Below are positions 10,262 to 21,123 of a stretch of DNA of 64,000 nt, one piece after another. Position 1 is the first letter of the stretch; each line of letters begins with the position of its first letter. The notes beneath the pieces were generated by a model, which made no database searches, had not been told where the DNA came from, and was given only the letters and a program-made list of their open reading frames with translations. Location: the IMG/VR virus record IMGVR_UViG_3300036766_002289, positions 1 through 64,000 of that record, one strand, 5' to 3'. Both the position numbers and the translations under genes were made by a program.

Positions 10262-11493
10262 TGCTTAATGTACCAAAAATAGCTAATGTTATACCAGTTA
10301 ATGCCCCATTTATGCGGCTGAATATGCTCCCTGAATTCAGCACACCCATAGATGAGACAATGGATTTTCAGTTCAACATTGAAGCTTTTGCCACGTTTAG
10401 CTGTACTTTTCAATATCACGTAGGAGAAGGACCACTTTACTGGTACAGAATAGATTGGTATCCGTCTAATTGTCCTGCTCCTAGTTGTATAAGCATTTCA
10501 CCAACCATAGAATATATTGCTCCCAATTGTCCCTATGAAATAATAGACAATTGTATTGTTTTGGAGCCAGAGTGTCCATGTGAGCCATCTTGCACGCCAG
10601 GTGAGTGCGTAACAACGACTGTGGAAGTTTGGCATATGTTGGCAACTAGTGTTGAACATTTGTGTGAGAGAATTAATCAGGAGTGTTGTAGCAGACCGCC
10701 GCCTGGCTTTATGAGAAGTGTAAAACAGTATATGAGACCAGCCTTATGTTGCGACGTAGAAGTTAATGGCCCTGGTAATGATAACTACATGGATGTAGAT
10801 TTTATCAAGTGTGAATGCGGCAATTTAGTTGACCCTTGTATCGCTCAAATCATTTATCCTTGCTATATTAATAGGTGTGGTATTAATGGGCCAGCGTTTG
10901 AAGGGCCAGACCCCATTCCTGCTCAGACCATAAACTTCACAAGTGACCTTTTAGGACATAATCCAGTGCCTCTAGAAGATCATACAGAGTTAGGGATGGT
11001 TCAGCCAATTGAACTTGAGCCACCTAGTAAGCCAGGGAACAAGTTTGGTTCAACTATACCTGAAATTATTCACTGCACTCATAACTTAGACGAATGCAAT
11101 TTATTTAAAGACTTTCTAAAACGCACAAAAACTCAGTTTAATAACATTGATCTCTATTATAATAATGAGTATAAATCATGGCAGGGAACTAAGAATTTCA
11201 AGGAGTGGAAGTTCATACTAGAATGGGTTCCTAATCATGGAGGTTATAACTTTAACTTATTTGTTGATAATAAGAATTTAAAAAGTAAATTATTTCTTGT
11301 CGTAAAATTGGATAGTTTCGTAAAATTGGATAGTTTCCTAAATGACAGAAGTATTTTCGAAATAGACTTAGATTTAAATACTAAAAATGGAAATTTTAAA
11401 AATTCTGTTTTGCAGTCTAAGATTATGCATGATGATATAGGGATTTTTAAGAATTCCTGGGGCAATGAATTAAAAGTAAATATGAGAGGCTAA
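10261..11493 (+). CDS. Cys/Pro-rich hypothetical protein
   Basis: 410-aa ORF, Cys-dense N-terminal half; in-frame 18-bp duplication (VKLDSF x2) at 11301-11336. Confidence 0.65.
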   Translation: MLNVPKIANVIPVNAPFMRLNMLPEFSTPIDETMDFQFNIEAFATFSCTFQYHVGEGPLYWYRIDWYPSNCPAPSCISISPTIEYIAPNCPYEIIDNCIVLEPECPCEPSCTPGECVTTTVEVWHMLATSVEHLCERINQECCSRPPPGFMRSVKQYMRPALCCDVEVNGPGNDNYMDVDFIKCECGNLVDPCIAQIIYPCYINRCGINGPAFEGPDPIPAQTINFTSDLLGHNPVPLEDHTELGMVQPIELEPPSKPGNKFGSTIPEIIHCTHNLDECNLFKDFLKRTKTQFNNIDLYYNNEYKSWQGTKNFKEWKFILEWVPNHGGYNFNLFVDNKNLKSKLFLVVKLDSFVKLDSFLNDRSIFEIDLDLNTKNGNFKNSVLQSKIMHDDIGIFKNSWGNELKVNMRG

Positions 11494-11708
11494 TTATGGA
11501 AATCGCAATTTTAATTATTTTGGCGTTAGCATGTACTGGTAACATTATTTTACAAATCAGTAATTCTCTTCTACTGATTAAAGTTTTTGAGATTTTGAAA
11601 GGCATTCAAGAAGATGCCAACTTGAAGGACGAGGCAAAATTAAAAGCAACTGGTCTAGTAGAAGTGGCGACTGAACAATCAAATTATCCACTTCGTTTAA
11701 GATAAATA

Positions 11709-11737
11709 TTGACTCGTTAAACGAAATAATTTATACT
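11709..11737 (+). promoter_or_regulatory. sigma70-like promoter upstream of the sigma factor gene
   Basis: TTGACT-N17-TATACT. Confidence 0.6.
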
Positions 11738-11800
11738 AAAACTATCACTAATATTACTATATAATATTAACTATTTAACTGTATTTTACGGAGTAAAACT

Positions 11801-12283
11801 ATGTTGACTAAAGAAACTCAGAGACTCGTCGTTGAATTCATGCCTTTCGCAGACTCAATTGCAGCTAATAAATTCAAATCTACGCCACCCCAGATTCAGC
11901 TTGATGAACTTAAATCTGCTGCTTATCTTGGTTTATGTGATGCGGCAACTCGTTATGATGGAAAACAAGATTTTAAACCTTTGGCAGCGATACGCATACT
12001 TGGTCAAATCAAGGATTATCTAAGAAGTTTGGGACGCAGTGTAAAAGCGCGATCTATTCCAGAAGACTATGATGTTGAAGCTAAAGCAGTTGCGCCAATT
12101 TTTGAAGAAGTGCTTGACGATGTTTGCAAAAAAAACGTTTCTCCTATTGCCAAGAAGATTTTCGCCATGTATTATGGTCAAGGCTTAACGATGGCTGAAA
12201 TCGCAAGAGAAATCAATCTCACCCCAGCAAGAGTGTGTCAATTAATCAAAACTAACACAGAGACGCTGCGAAATGTCGCTTAA
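11801..12283 (+). CDS. sigma-70 family RNA polymerase sigma factor (FliA/WhiG-like, regions 2 and 4)
   Basis: DELKSAAYLGLCDAATRYD..F...A..RILGQIKDYLR; C-terminal LTMAEIAREINLTPARVCQL HTH. Confidence 0.9.
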   Translation: MLTKETQRLVVEFMPFADSIAANKFKSTPPQIQLDELKSAAYLGLCDAATRYDGKQDFKPLAAIRILGQIKDYLRSLGRSVKARSIPEDYDVEAKAVAPIFEEVLDDVCKKNVSPIAKKIFAMYYGQGLTMAEIAREINLTPARVCQLIKTNTETLRNVA

Positions 12284-12838
12284 TAATTTTTCAGTGATAC
12301 CAAAAGAAATTGTTTCTCCAGAAAGAATAGAATCTACTCTTGTGAATGTACTTGCCAAAAGTATAGCTGGCACAAGGAAAGTTCAATTGGTGTGTTTGGA
12401 TGGAAGTGTTAGGCAAAATTTTTCTAATAACGAAATTATAGGAGAATTTTGCACACAGATAAGAAGAGAAATGAGAGAGTATGAACCCATACTCAGAAAT
12501 TTTAGAATTGCAAAGACATGTATGTGGGAAGGAATTGGCAGGCCACATCACTCTTTTGCTTGGAATTTTTCTTACGAAACAACTGAAGGGATGAAACAAA
12601 TGACAGCTTTACACGCTGAGCAATTTTGTGTAGTAGCGGCAAGAAAGGCTGCTAATTCTATGACTATGGAAGATGAATTTCGAGAAATTAATGTTAAAAT
12701 GTCAAATCTGTTTACCGAAATGATTGTACTTCAAACATTGAATAAGAGAGCTTATTCAATTAATGATGAGGCGAACGTTGTTTTAGAGAATCTCTGTAAA
12801 GTTGCAGAGAAACTAGCTTCTTAGGAAAGGATCGTTCA

Positions 12839-13177
12839 ATGGCAGACAAGACCAATGCGGAGAAGTTGCAGGACTTGCTTAGCTTCGACCCAGCTAAGCG
12901 TCCTAATCTGACACAGGAGTTAATGTCAGAAGTTGTGAAGGAAATCACGGAGGAACGAACCAAGGAGGCCAAGACCAGGGCTAAAGAGCAACTGGTTAAG
13001 GCTATGCAACTACGAGAGCAAATGTCAAAGGCCAAGAAGGACTTTGATAACCAGCATCAGAAGATGGAAAAGGAACTTGGCAAGATCATGGGCCAAATTC
13101 AAGGCATTTTAACTGGTAGGTGTCCAGAAGAAAACAAGGAAGAGTGTCCTAATAAGGACGAACCAGCAACAGTGTAA
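12839..13177 (+). CDS. coiled-coil hypothetical protein
   Basis: charged helical ORF followed by a terminator. Confidence 0.6.
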   Translation: MADKTNAEKLQDLLSFDPAKRPNLTQELMSEVVKEITEERTKEAKTRAKEQLVKAMQLREQMSKAKKDFDNQHQKMEKELGKIMGQIQGILTGRCPEENKEECPNKDEPATV

Positions 13178-13182
13178 GAAAT

Positions 13183-13217
13183 AAAAAGCCTTAGTAGGGA
13201 AAACTACTAAGGCTTTT
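13183..13217 (+). terminator. intrinsic terminator
   Basis: GCCTTAGTAG/CTACTAAGGC stem, A-run before and T-run after. Confidence 0.8.
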
Positions 13218-13229
13218 CTATTATAGTGT

Positions 13230-13580
13230 ATGATTAAAGTTGATTTTCTGAAGGCCACTGGTTTTAGGGATGGTATAGATGACCATGATTATGGACGACC
13301 TGACCTGTCTCTTACTGCGAGCGTGAATGATTATGGCTATTTTTATCTAGAAGGGTATAAAAAAGGTTATGAAATAGCTGCAATAAAATCCTGGTATATG
13401 GTTAGCTATGAAAAAGTAACTAATAAAATTGACGGCTATTTTATTGATTTGGGTGAAAAAGGTAACGATTGGACTAGCGATAAGGGAAAAGCAACAAAGT
13501 TCCCTACGAGAGAAGCGGTTTCTAATAGATTAAATTCATTTTCGTGTGGTCGTAAGAATTATGGAATGACATGGGAGTAA
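13230..13580 (+). CDS. hypothetical protein, paralog of 26125..26484
   Basis: shared YLEGY.KGYE..KSWY, ATKFPTR.A and GMT.E. Confidence 0.65.
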   Translation: MIKVDFLKATGFRDGIDDHDYGRPDLSLTASVNDYGYFYLEGYKKGYEIAAIKSWYMVSYEKVTNKIDGYFIDLGEKGNDWTSDKGKATKFPTREAVSNRLNSFSCGRKNYGMTWE

Positions 13581-13999
13581 AAATATGAATTGTTGTTTAA
13601 ATCCTTATGAAATCCCAATAAATGGCGCGTGGTTAGTCGAAAATAACACCATGAACAGTATTTACGCGGGAAGACTTGTGACACTTGCGACTATTAGTAT
13701 GAGATTGAATAATATATGGCAATACAAAGAAAGAACTTCCTTGTGTGCTAATTGCAGAGAATATCTTGATAACGGTGAGAAGCTTTTGAAGCTTCAATTA
13801 AAGGCAATATTAAGGGATTAACCAATGTATGCGGTTCATGCGCAGCTATACAAGCCAGAAAACACTGATTATTGTCTAATTGCTTTGTTCACAACAGAGG
13901 AAAACGCACATAATTTTGTGTTAAAGCTTAAAGAAAAGTTCCCTGATGATTTTGAGGTTTCAGAATGGCATCAACCAATTATAGACCCAAAAGAGGTAA

Positions 14000-14773
14000 A
14001 TGAAGTTTTCCCATCTTGACAGTAAATTTAAAGTACGTTTAGTCCCGAATAAGCCATCTATTGGTCTAGTCATAGGCACTTATGGCTCTCCAGCCTATAT
14101 TCATCTCTTCTTGGAAGTAGCTAAAGCACATTTCCCTGTTCCTATCTTAATACATGACGATTGTAGTGACAAACAATGTGAATTGAAACGTTTGACGGGA
14201 CAATATGGCTGTGATTTTTCTTCCAACAATGAAAGATACGGTCATGGTTCAGGCGATATTGCGGTGTTTGCTGAAGGCTTAGCATGGGCAAAGAATAAAG
14301 GTTTGGATATTTTGGTTAAAATGTCCAGAAGGTTCATTCCTTTATTTGATTGGCGTCCTAGTTTGATTCAAACTGCATTAAAGAGTCAGCATATTACTTA
14401 CACCAATCACTGTGAGTATTTCAAGTTTGATTTCAGGAGTGAATGTGTGGGCATGTATGTGCCAGAATGGTCAAAATACATTGAAGACTTGAGAACCCTG
14501 GCTACAATACCTGTTGAAGTTGAAAAAGACATGATGGAATTCGTGAGTGAATTCCCAAAACCTACATGTGTTGTCAATGAAACCTATCTTCGTGCAAATT
14601 ATGAAAATAAATATTGCCAACAGTATGGTGTTTGGGATACAATAGGCAGCAATAGGATGAAGATAAACCCACAAATCATTTGGCACGATCATTGTCAACC
14701 AGCATCATATTTGAACAAAGCAAGGGTTTATGGACTCAAATACGATATAAAGGATTTTACTTATGATATCTGA
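14000..14773 (+). CDS. glycosyltransferase-like protein
   Basis: LVIGTY..ILIHDDCS GT-A-like N-terminus. Confidence 0.55.
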   Translation: MKFSHLDSKFKVRLVPNKPSIGLVIGTYGSPAYIHLFLEVAKAHFPVPILIHDDCSDKQCELKRLTGQYGCDFSSNNERYGHGSGDIAVFAEGLAWAKNKGLDILVKMSRRFIPLFDWRPSLIQTALKSQHITYTNHCEYFKFDFRSECVGMYVPEWSKYIEDLRTLATIPVEVEKDMMEFVSEFPKPTCVVNETYLRANYENKYCQQYGVWDTIGSNRMKINPQIIWHDHCQPASYLNKARVYGLKYDIKDFTYDI

Positions 14774-14998
14774 AGAAGTAATTGCAGGCTTGAAGAAGCA
14801 ATTCCCAGACATTCATCCTTTGATTTTTCATCGCTCATTGGAACGTGCCAAAACTCCTGGTGAGTTGTTTGATATTCTCTATTCTATGCCGACTGAGTAC
14901 CCAATTGTATGGAACGAAGAAGGTAAGAAATGGCTCACAACAAAGGACTTATTCCAGGCAAAGAATTGCAAATTTAATGATGAATAAAGGGTTTATTT

Positions 14999-15415
14999 AT
15001 GCGTGAAGTTACAACAAGATATATAGCTAAAGATGATCTTAAGAAGCTGGGCGAACTCGACCGAGAAAATGAAAATGATATTATTAATTTGTTGACTGGA
15101 CATGAAGTTGTCAATGGTATGGTTGCAGAAACTAACGATGTTGTTGGGTTTTGTATTTATAGTCTTGAAAATCCAGAAACTTTTAGTATTCTTCACTTAG
15201 TCGTAGATAAAGATTTTTGTAGGAAAGGAATAGGTACAAAGATAATAAATAGAATGAAGTCCAAATTAAATGAACAAAGAAAAATTTTGGATTATGAGGT
15301 TCCAGAGAGCTATCTGGATATGCAATTATTCTTAAAAGCAATGGGGTTTAAAGCCATACTAATAAGGAACAAACACGAAGATATATTCAAGTTTACATAT
15401 ACGGAGAACAAATGA
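14999..15415 (+). CDS. GNAT acetyltransferase (RimI-like)
   Basis: VVGFCIY, LVVDKDFCRKGIGT acetyl-CoA motif, FLKAMGF. Confidence 0.85.
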   Translation: MREVTTRYIAKDDLKKLGELDRENENDIINLLTGHEVVNGMVAETNDVVGFCIYSLENPETFSILHLVVDKDFCRKGIGTKIINRMKSKLNEQRKILDYEVPESYLDMQLFLKAMGFKAILIRNKHEDIFKFTYTENK

Positions 15416-15717
15416 TCTTAGAATTTACAGACAACCTATTTGACGTTTCTAGTGGTTTAGTGGTAGTTGATTTTTGGGGAGCTAGGTGCGGACCTTGTGT
15501 TGCAATGACTCCTATTTTTGAAAGTGTCTCCAAAAGCAATCCAGATGTAACCTTTGCTAAGGTGGATACTTCTGAAAATCAAAATGTGAGTAAGTTTTAC
15601 TCTATTAGTGCTATACCAACGCTATTGTTCTTTAAGCATGGGGAGTTAGTTAAGAGAGTAGTTGGCTTTCAATCTGAAATGCAACTAAGTAAGGTCATAG
15701 CAGAGTTAAGAAAATGA
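15412..15717 (+). CDS. trxA: thioredoxin
   Basis: VVVDFWGARCGPC, AKVD, ISAIPTLLFFK. Confidence 0.9.
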   Translation: MILEFTDNLFDVSSGLVVVDFWGARCGPCVAMTPIFESVSKSNPDVTFAKVDTSENQNVSKFYSISAIPTLLFFKHGELVKRVVGFQSEMQLSKVIAELRK

Positions 15718-16733
15718 AAAAAGTAATTATAACTGGAATCGGTGGTTTTGTTGGCGCACATGTTTTAGAATATTTCCTAGAAAAAACAGATTGGAATATC
15801 ATAGGGATAGATTCTTTCCGACATAAAGGTACTTACAGCCGCATTAATGAAATAGTTGGTTATAATGTTGGCCGAGTAAAAATATTTAACCATGATCTAG
15901 TGGCACCTATTGATATCCAACTAGAAAACCAAATTATAGGCAAGACATTAGAAAGTAACGGCAAACCCGTTGATTATATCATCAATATAGCTTCCGACAG
16001 TGCAGTAGAACGTTCAATTACAGACCCAGGCCCATGCTGGATGAATAACTGTAACTTGATGTTTAATATGCTGGAGTTTAGCAGAAGAGTTAAACCTAAG
16101 TTATTTTTGCACTTTAGTACGGATGAAGTTTATGGTGAAGCCGCACCAGACAAAGCACATCATGAATGGGACGTAATTCTACCTTCAAACCCTTATAGTG
16201 CAAGTAAAGCAGCACAGGAAGCATTAGCAATCTCGTATTGGCGAACTTATGATGTTCCATTATTGTTGCTTAACGTAATGAACATTATTGGTGAATGGCA
16301 AGATAAGGAAAAGTTCCTGCCTAAGTTGATTTATAAAGTGGCTACATGCCAGAAAATGCAGATTTATGGAGAGCCAGGCAAGATTGGTTCTCGTTTCTAC
16401 ATACATGCTAACAATATAGCTGATGCAATTATCTATTTATCTGATTTTGAGCCAGTCAAATATGGGACTCATCAACGACCAGATCGCTATAATGTTGTTG
16501 GAGATATGGAATTAGACAATTTGCAAATGGCACAGTATGTTGCCAAGATCATTGGCCAACCACTTAATTACGAATTAATCCCTTCTGAGATAGCAAGACG
16601 TGGCTATGACAAGAGATATGCTTTGGATGGCAGCAAACTGAAAAGATTAGGTTGGAAACATCCAAAATCTACGTTAGACTCGATTGAGCAAATTGTTAAA
16701 TGGACTATGGAACACCCCCATTGGTTGGTATAA
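15714..16733 (+). CDS. NAD-dependent epimerase/dehydratase (dTDP-glucose 4,6-dehydratase-like)
   Basis: TGIGGFVG, STDEVYG, PSNPYSASKAA (YxxxK), EKFLPK, DKRYALD. Confidence 0.9.
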   Translation: MKKVIITGIGGFVGAHVLEYFLEKTDWNIIGIDSFRHKGTYSRINEIVGYNVGRVKIFNHDLVAPIDIQLENQIIGKTLESNGKPVDYIINIASDSAVERSITDPGPCWMNNCNLMFNMLEFSRRVKPKLFLHFSTDEVYGEAAPDKAHHEWDVILPSNPYSASKAAQEALAISYWRTYDVPLLLLNVMNIIGEWQDKEKFLPKLIYKVATCQKMQIYGEPGKIGSRFYIHANNIADAIIYLSDFEPVKYGTHQRPDRYNVVGDMELDNLQMAQYVAKIIGQPLNYELIPSEIARRGYDKRYALDGSKLKRLGWKHPKSTLDSIEQIVKWTMEHPHWLV

Positions 16734-16735
16734 AA

Positions 16736-17302
16736 ATGAACAGAAGAACTTTTATCAAAACGGCAGCAATTAGTAGTGCGGCTTTAATGACTGGTAATTT
16801 AGCAATTGCTGCGACAGAGCCAATAAAATATGACTTTATTGAGCCAAAGTATTTGCTTCATATTTTGAAGAAACTGAGAGAATATCCTAGTAGATCGACG
16901 GATTATGATAGTCCAGTGTCGTCATCAATTTCTGAAATGTACAAAAATTATTGCTATATTACCCCAGAAATGATGAAGTTTGAAGAAAAGATTTATATTC
17001 CATTAATTGGAATTTCTAACATTCTCAGGCGTACAACACTTGGGGAGAATTCAACTGTAGATAAGACTTGGGTAGTTTTGAGTGAATCAGAAATTGATTT
17101 GTTTAATTTTACTGGTTCTAGTTTAAAACACCAAGAAACGGGGCATCCTTTAATGAAATATTGGGGTGCATGTTGTTGTGCGTGGCCACTTTATACATAT
17201 AAATATTGGCCCAAGGGATGGTTCTTATTAGGTCATGGGAAAGTTTTAAGGAAAAAAAGAAGTCAGTATGCTACGTTGCAAGTTAAGAGGAAAGAAAAAT
17301 GA
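16736..17302 (+). CDS. hypothetical protein with twin-arginine-like signal
   Basis: MNRRTFIKTAAISSAALMTGNLAIAA. Confidence 0.6.
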   Translation: MNRRTFIKTAAISSAALMTGNLAIAATEPIKYDFIEPKYLLHILKKLREYPSRSTDYDSPVSSSISEMYKNYCYITPEMMKFEEKIYIPLIGISNILRRTTLGENSTVDKTWVVLSESEIDLFNFTGSSLKHQETGHPLMKYWGACCCAWPLYTYKYWPKGWFLLGHGKVLRKKRSQYATLQVKRKEK

Positions 17303-18033
17303 GTATGAGAAATGTCGTTGATGGAGATACTTGGTTTTATGTTAAACCCATTGCAGACAATGGACAAATATTAGGAATTTCCAAGCATAGTGGTGCCCTA
17401 ATTAACATTATAGCGATAACCAGACGATCTGGCGGCGTAAAATATACTATAAATAGTGCTATTAATTTTACGTTAATTTATAAGCAGGCAGAGTTACTTG
17501 TTAAATATCTAAGAGAGTGTCATGAAAAATCAAAGACTATTAGTAAAAACGATTGGGGTGGTCTAGGCACGTATATAAAAAGAACAATAGAACTAGAATA
17601 TGGCACTGTCGTTGACGTAGTTTCTTATGGTGATGGAGAAGTTTGGCTGAGCGTATTGAATACCGACAAGAGGGGGATTCATTTCATGAATTCAGCAAAT
17701 GAACTCACTTTTACGTTAACCAAAGAGGGACTTAGAGATGTTCTGTCCGCTTTAGGAACTGAACTTGGCAAAATAACTGACCAAGCGAAACTACGGGCCT
17801 TAGAATATGAATTAAAAAAAGAAAAAGAGCGAGCAGCGATTAGTAAACCGCCGATCATTGACTCGAACGGTAAATGTTACATAGATAAGTTTATTTCTGT
17901 TGAAGATTTGACCAAAAGAATTAACAGTTATCTTATCAAGCACAGTGCAGACCCTGCCAATGTCGTGTTGGACTTGGAATATCAGGAAAATTGGGAAGAA
18001 GATGGCCCAAGAATAATATTAAGGCCAAAGTGA
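17299..18033 (+). CDS. hypothetical protein
   Basis: 244-aa ORF overlapping the upstream stop. Confidence 0.6.
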   Translation: MSMRNVVDGDTWFYVKPIADNGQILGISKHSGALINIIAITRRSGGVKYTINSAINFTLIYKQAELLVKYLRECHEKSKTISKNDWGGLGTYIKRTIELEYGTVVDVVSYGDGEVWLSVLNTDKRGIHFMNSANELTFTLTKEGLRDVLSALGTELGKITDQAKLRALEYELKKEKERAAISKPPIIDSNGKCYIDKFISVEDLTKRINSYLIKHSADPANVVLDLEYQENWEEDGPRIILRPK

Positions 18034-18144
18034 AAGTAGTTTACATTCTGTGTTTTTGGACTATAATGAAGATAGCTAGCTGATGTTAGGTTAGTGATGA
18101 TTTATGACGGTAAAAGAGACGACGGAGAGTAAAAAAGGAGAATT

Positions 18145-18864
18145 ATGAGTACGTTTTTTAGTGCGGATTTCCATTATAATCATGGAAACATTATCAAGTA
18201 TTGCAACAGGCCATTTCTAGCGGAAGAAGACCTAGCAGCACTTAATCGAGACGGTAAATGGCATGATGGTGATTGGAAAGGACCAACATCAAGTCAACAT
18301 CGCATTTCACGCGCAGGCGTAGAAATGATGAACGATGCAATTGTTAACAACATTAACAAGGTCGTTCATAAAAATGACACACTTTGGTTTTTAGGTGACT
18401 GGTGTTTTGGTGGTAAGAATAATTACTATCAGATTGCGAGAGAGTTTCGTGATCGACTTAGGTGCCAGAACATCAACATGATTTGGGGAAACCACGATCA
18501 TCGTAATATTCGGGATTTGTTCAATGAATGTTATGACTTATTTGAGACCTACGTAAATGGTCAAAGAATGGTTTTATGCCATTACGCTATGGCTGTTTGG
18601 GACAAATCCCATCGAGGGTCTTGGCAATTGTACGGTCACTCCCACAGCACAATGGAAGAATGGATGGCGAAAGCCATGCCTGGACGCCGTTCAATGGATG
18701 TAGGCATTGATAATGCTGCTAAATTGATTGGTGACTATCACCCATTCTCTTTTGAAGAGATTGCCCATATCATGAACAGTAAGCCTGGATTTTTTGCTGA
18801 CCATCATGGGAATGAAGGTGGCATTAGAACGGGTCCAACTGAAGAGGAATTATCAGATAAATAA
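18145..18864 (+). CDS. calcineurin-like metallophosphoesterase (phage type)
   Basis: ADFH, LGD, GNHD, LCHY, YGHSH, DVGID. Confidence 0.9.
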   Translation: MSTFFSADFHYNHGNIIKYCNRPFLAEEDLAALNRDGKWHDGDWKGPTSSQHRISRAGVEMMNDAIVNNINKVVHKNDTLWFLGDWCFGGKNNYYQIAREFRDRLRCQNINMIWGNHDHRNIRDLFNECYDLFETYVNGQRMVLCHYAMAVWDKSHRGSWQLYGHSHSTMEEWMAKAMPGRRSMDVGIDNAAKLIGDYHPFSFEEIAHIMNSKPGFFADHHGNEGGIRTGPTEEELSDK

Positions 18865-19616
18865 TGTGGACTAAACCCGTCAGTCAGTTAAATTGGCAAG
18901 ACATATCAACCATTTGTCCTATTTGTGATGAGCGAATGGGACGACCAAGTTATTATCATGCTGAATGTTCGCAAGGGCATTACGAAGTGTCTGCGGGTAA
19001 TTATCATGTTGATTTTTATGTTAATGGTGAGTGGGTCCATTCTGATGAGTTGAGTAATAAAGAAGATGCCATTTTAGAAAAATTAATACCTGAAGCAAGG
19101 AAAAAGTGGCAAGAGTCACGTACTCCAGTAAACAAATGCCCTTATCGTTCACCACAGATTATATCCGAAACAATAAAAGATATAATCTGCGATAAGGTCG
19201 TTTGTGAACTAGGAAGTGCTGAAGGCGATAATTTAGTCTTCATGTCCAAATATGCCAAGAAAGTTATTGGCATCGAACGTGACCTTAAAAGACATGAGAA
19301 GGCAGTAGCAAGGGGTCTTGATGTTAGAGTAGGTGATTATAAATTAGACCCATCGCCAGAAGCAGATGTATATTATTTCTGGCCAAATGATGGCGAAGCT
19401 GACAATGAGTTCCTTGTAAACAAGATACTCAGCAATAATTTCAAGGGAATAATCATTATTGCTGGGGATATGGGACACCCGCCTGAAATACCTAGTGTCA
19501 AAAGATGTGCCGAAAAAGGTAAATTATTGACGGTTCCGTTTAATGAGGGAAATGGCTGGAGAGAAAATGGAGTTTTTCTTCTCGCTATTATTGATGCAAA
19601 GGATATCCATAGGTGA
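18864..19616 (+). CDS. class I SAM-dependent methyltransferase-like protein
   Basis: VCELGSAEG and VIGIE motifs in the C-terminal part. Confidence 0.6.
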   Translation: MWTKPVSQLNWQDISTICPICDERMGRPSYYHAECSQGHYEVSAGNYHVDFYVNGEWVHSDELSNKEDAILEKLIPEARKKWQESRTPVNKCPYRSPQIISETIKDIICDKVVCELGSAEGDNLVFMSKYAKKVIGIERDLKRHEKAVARGLDVRVGDYKLDPSPEADVYYFWPNDGEADNEFLVNKILSNNFKGIIIIAGDMGHPPEIPSVKRCAEKGKLLTVPFNEGNGWRENGVFLLAIIDAKDIHR

Positions 19617-20265
19617 AATCTATCGCATACAAGGTCTCAATTTCTTTCCTAAGTTCTTTATTATAGAAATCTTCATAATTTGGCACGACGTAATTAAGTA
19701 AGTCTGCTTGTTTCTTGAATTTGGTTTCACCAACAAATACTCCCGACTTGTCTTTTTTTGTTAGATGATGCCAACTACTTTGCTCTGGTTCGAAGTTTGT
19801 TTTAAGTAAATCATTTATCTGCTGCATACCTTCTTTAAAGTTTTCTATTTTAACTATTTTGTCTAAAGGTTTATCCAAAGGTATTTCTTTTGTTTGTGCC
19901 CGCCAGTGGAGATTGCAGTATTTCAAATTTTGAGTTTCTAAAAAATGAATAAATTCTGCAAATGATGATTCATTTGGATAAGTGCTTTCTAAGTAATAGA
20001 AGTAACTGCTAACTGCGCGGTCATAAGGGTTTCTTACAACTTTAAACTTAAAGTATTCTGGATTTAAATAATCGTCAAGGAACACTAAGCCAAAATGATT
20101 GTAGAAAAAAGCTTCTCTATAATCATGTACCCATGAACTGTAGGCCAACGCTGTTTCTAATATGCCCATATGTTTGAAAAACATTCTAACGGCAAGAGTA
20201 CAGCCTGCTTTAGCTGACCAGTCCATTATTATTTTATTTTTTCTATCTATTAGTGCTTCCATCAT
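19588..20265 (-). CDS. sulfotransferase family 2 protein
   Basis: WSAKAGCT PAPS loop, VVRNPYDRAVSSY, HWRAQ, LYAIDF. Confidence 0.8.
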   Translation of the reverse strand: MMEALIDRKNKIIMDWSAKAGCTLAVRMFFKHMGILETALAYSSWVHDYREAFFYNHFGLVFLDDYLNPEYFKFKVVRNPYDRAVSSYFYYLESTYPNESSFAEFIHFLETQNLKYCNLHWRAQTKEIPLDKPLDKIVKIENFKEGMQQINDLLKTNFEPEQSSWHHLTKKDKSGVFVGETKFKKQADLLNYVVPNYEDFYNKELRKEIETLYAIDFTYGYPLHQ

Positions 20266-20910
20266 ATTATGTCCTTTAGTGCCATTACTTTGTAGTCATT
20301 TAGATAAAGATGCATCATACACTTCATGAAGGTGGCGTGGGTTGTGGTAGTCTCATGTGGATTTTCTGATAGTTCTTTAACAACGTCATGCACACAAAAG
20401 ATTCCATATTCATTGTTTTGTACTTTTTCTAAGTCTGCTATAAAATCTCCAAAAGTGTAAGTGTTGCTGAATATACCAGTGCATTTAATGTCTAATGGGT
20501 CATGAATTTTTGGTTTAAAGGGGTCTCCAGCACCCGACCTAGCATATTGAAAACCTGCTTGTTTTATTATTTCTTTTGCTTCATCATTGATGAAATAGGC
20601 TGGATATGCGAAGGAAGTTGGTTTTTTTAAGCCAACTGTATGGAATACTTGATTCAAATGTTCAATTTCTCGTTTATTGATTTCTTCGCTTGTTTCTGTC
20701 ATATGGACATGGCTAAAAAAGGTGATTACCCAATTCAAATCCGTTTCTTTCAAACTCTCTTAGATGTTCTCGTTTGAATATTTTGCAGGTGCCTAAGTAG
20801 TAACCAGATACGAAAAATGTGGCTTTGAAGTCTAGTTCTTCTAGCAATGGCTTGACAAGCAATAGGTGGGAATCGTAGCAGTCATCAAATGTTAGGACTA
20901 TGTTCTTCAT
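20262..20910 (-). pseudogene. polysaccharide deacetylase (NodB) split by a +1 frameshift
   Basis: LTFDD, ATFFV, ELGNH in ORF 20713-20910; FSH, FAYP, YARS, VH in the other frame; junction at A6 run 20715-20720. Confidence 0.75.
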
Positions 20911-21079
20911 GTATTATTGTAGTTTATGAAATTTCAAAATGTACAGGGTATGGAAAGTAGTAATAAAATATTTTCTGAATATTTGAAATTTTCTTGACAA
21001 AAATAAAAAGGATACTATTATATACCTAGTCGTTAAGCGGAGAATCTTCACGACAAGTAAGAAAAGTTTTAGAATGAGA

Positions 21080-21108
21080 TTGACAAACCTTGAATACGAT
21101 AGTAAGAT
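21080..21108 (+). promoter_or_regulatory. sigma70-like promoter for the first Y-like RNA
   Basis: TTGACA-N17-TAAGAT; a second, TTGACA-N16-TAAGAT, lies at 21336-21363. Confidence 0.65.
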
Positions 21109-21123
21109 AGGTGAGTCAGATAT

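Noticed and set aside
11301-11336. 18-bp tandem repeat (and the 19-bp repeat at 40819) as functional arrays
   Set aside because: Only two copies each; simple slippage duplications
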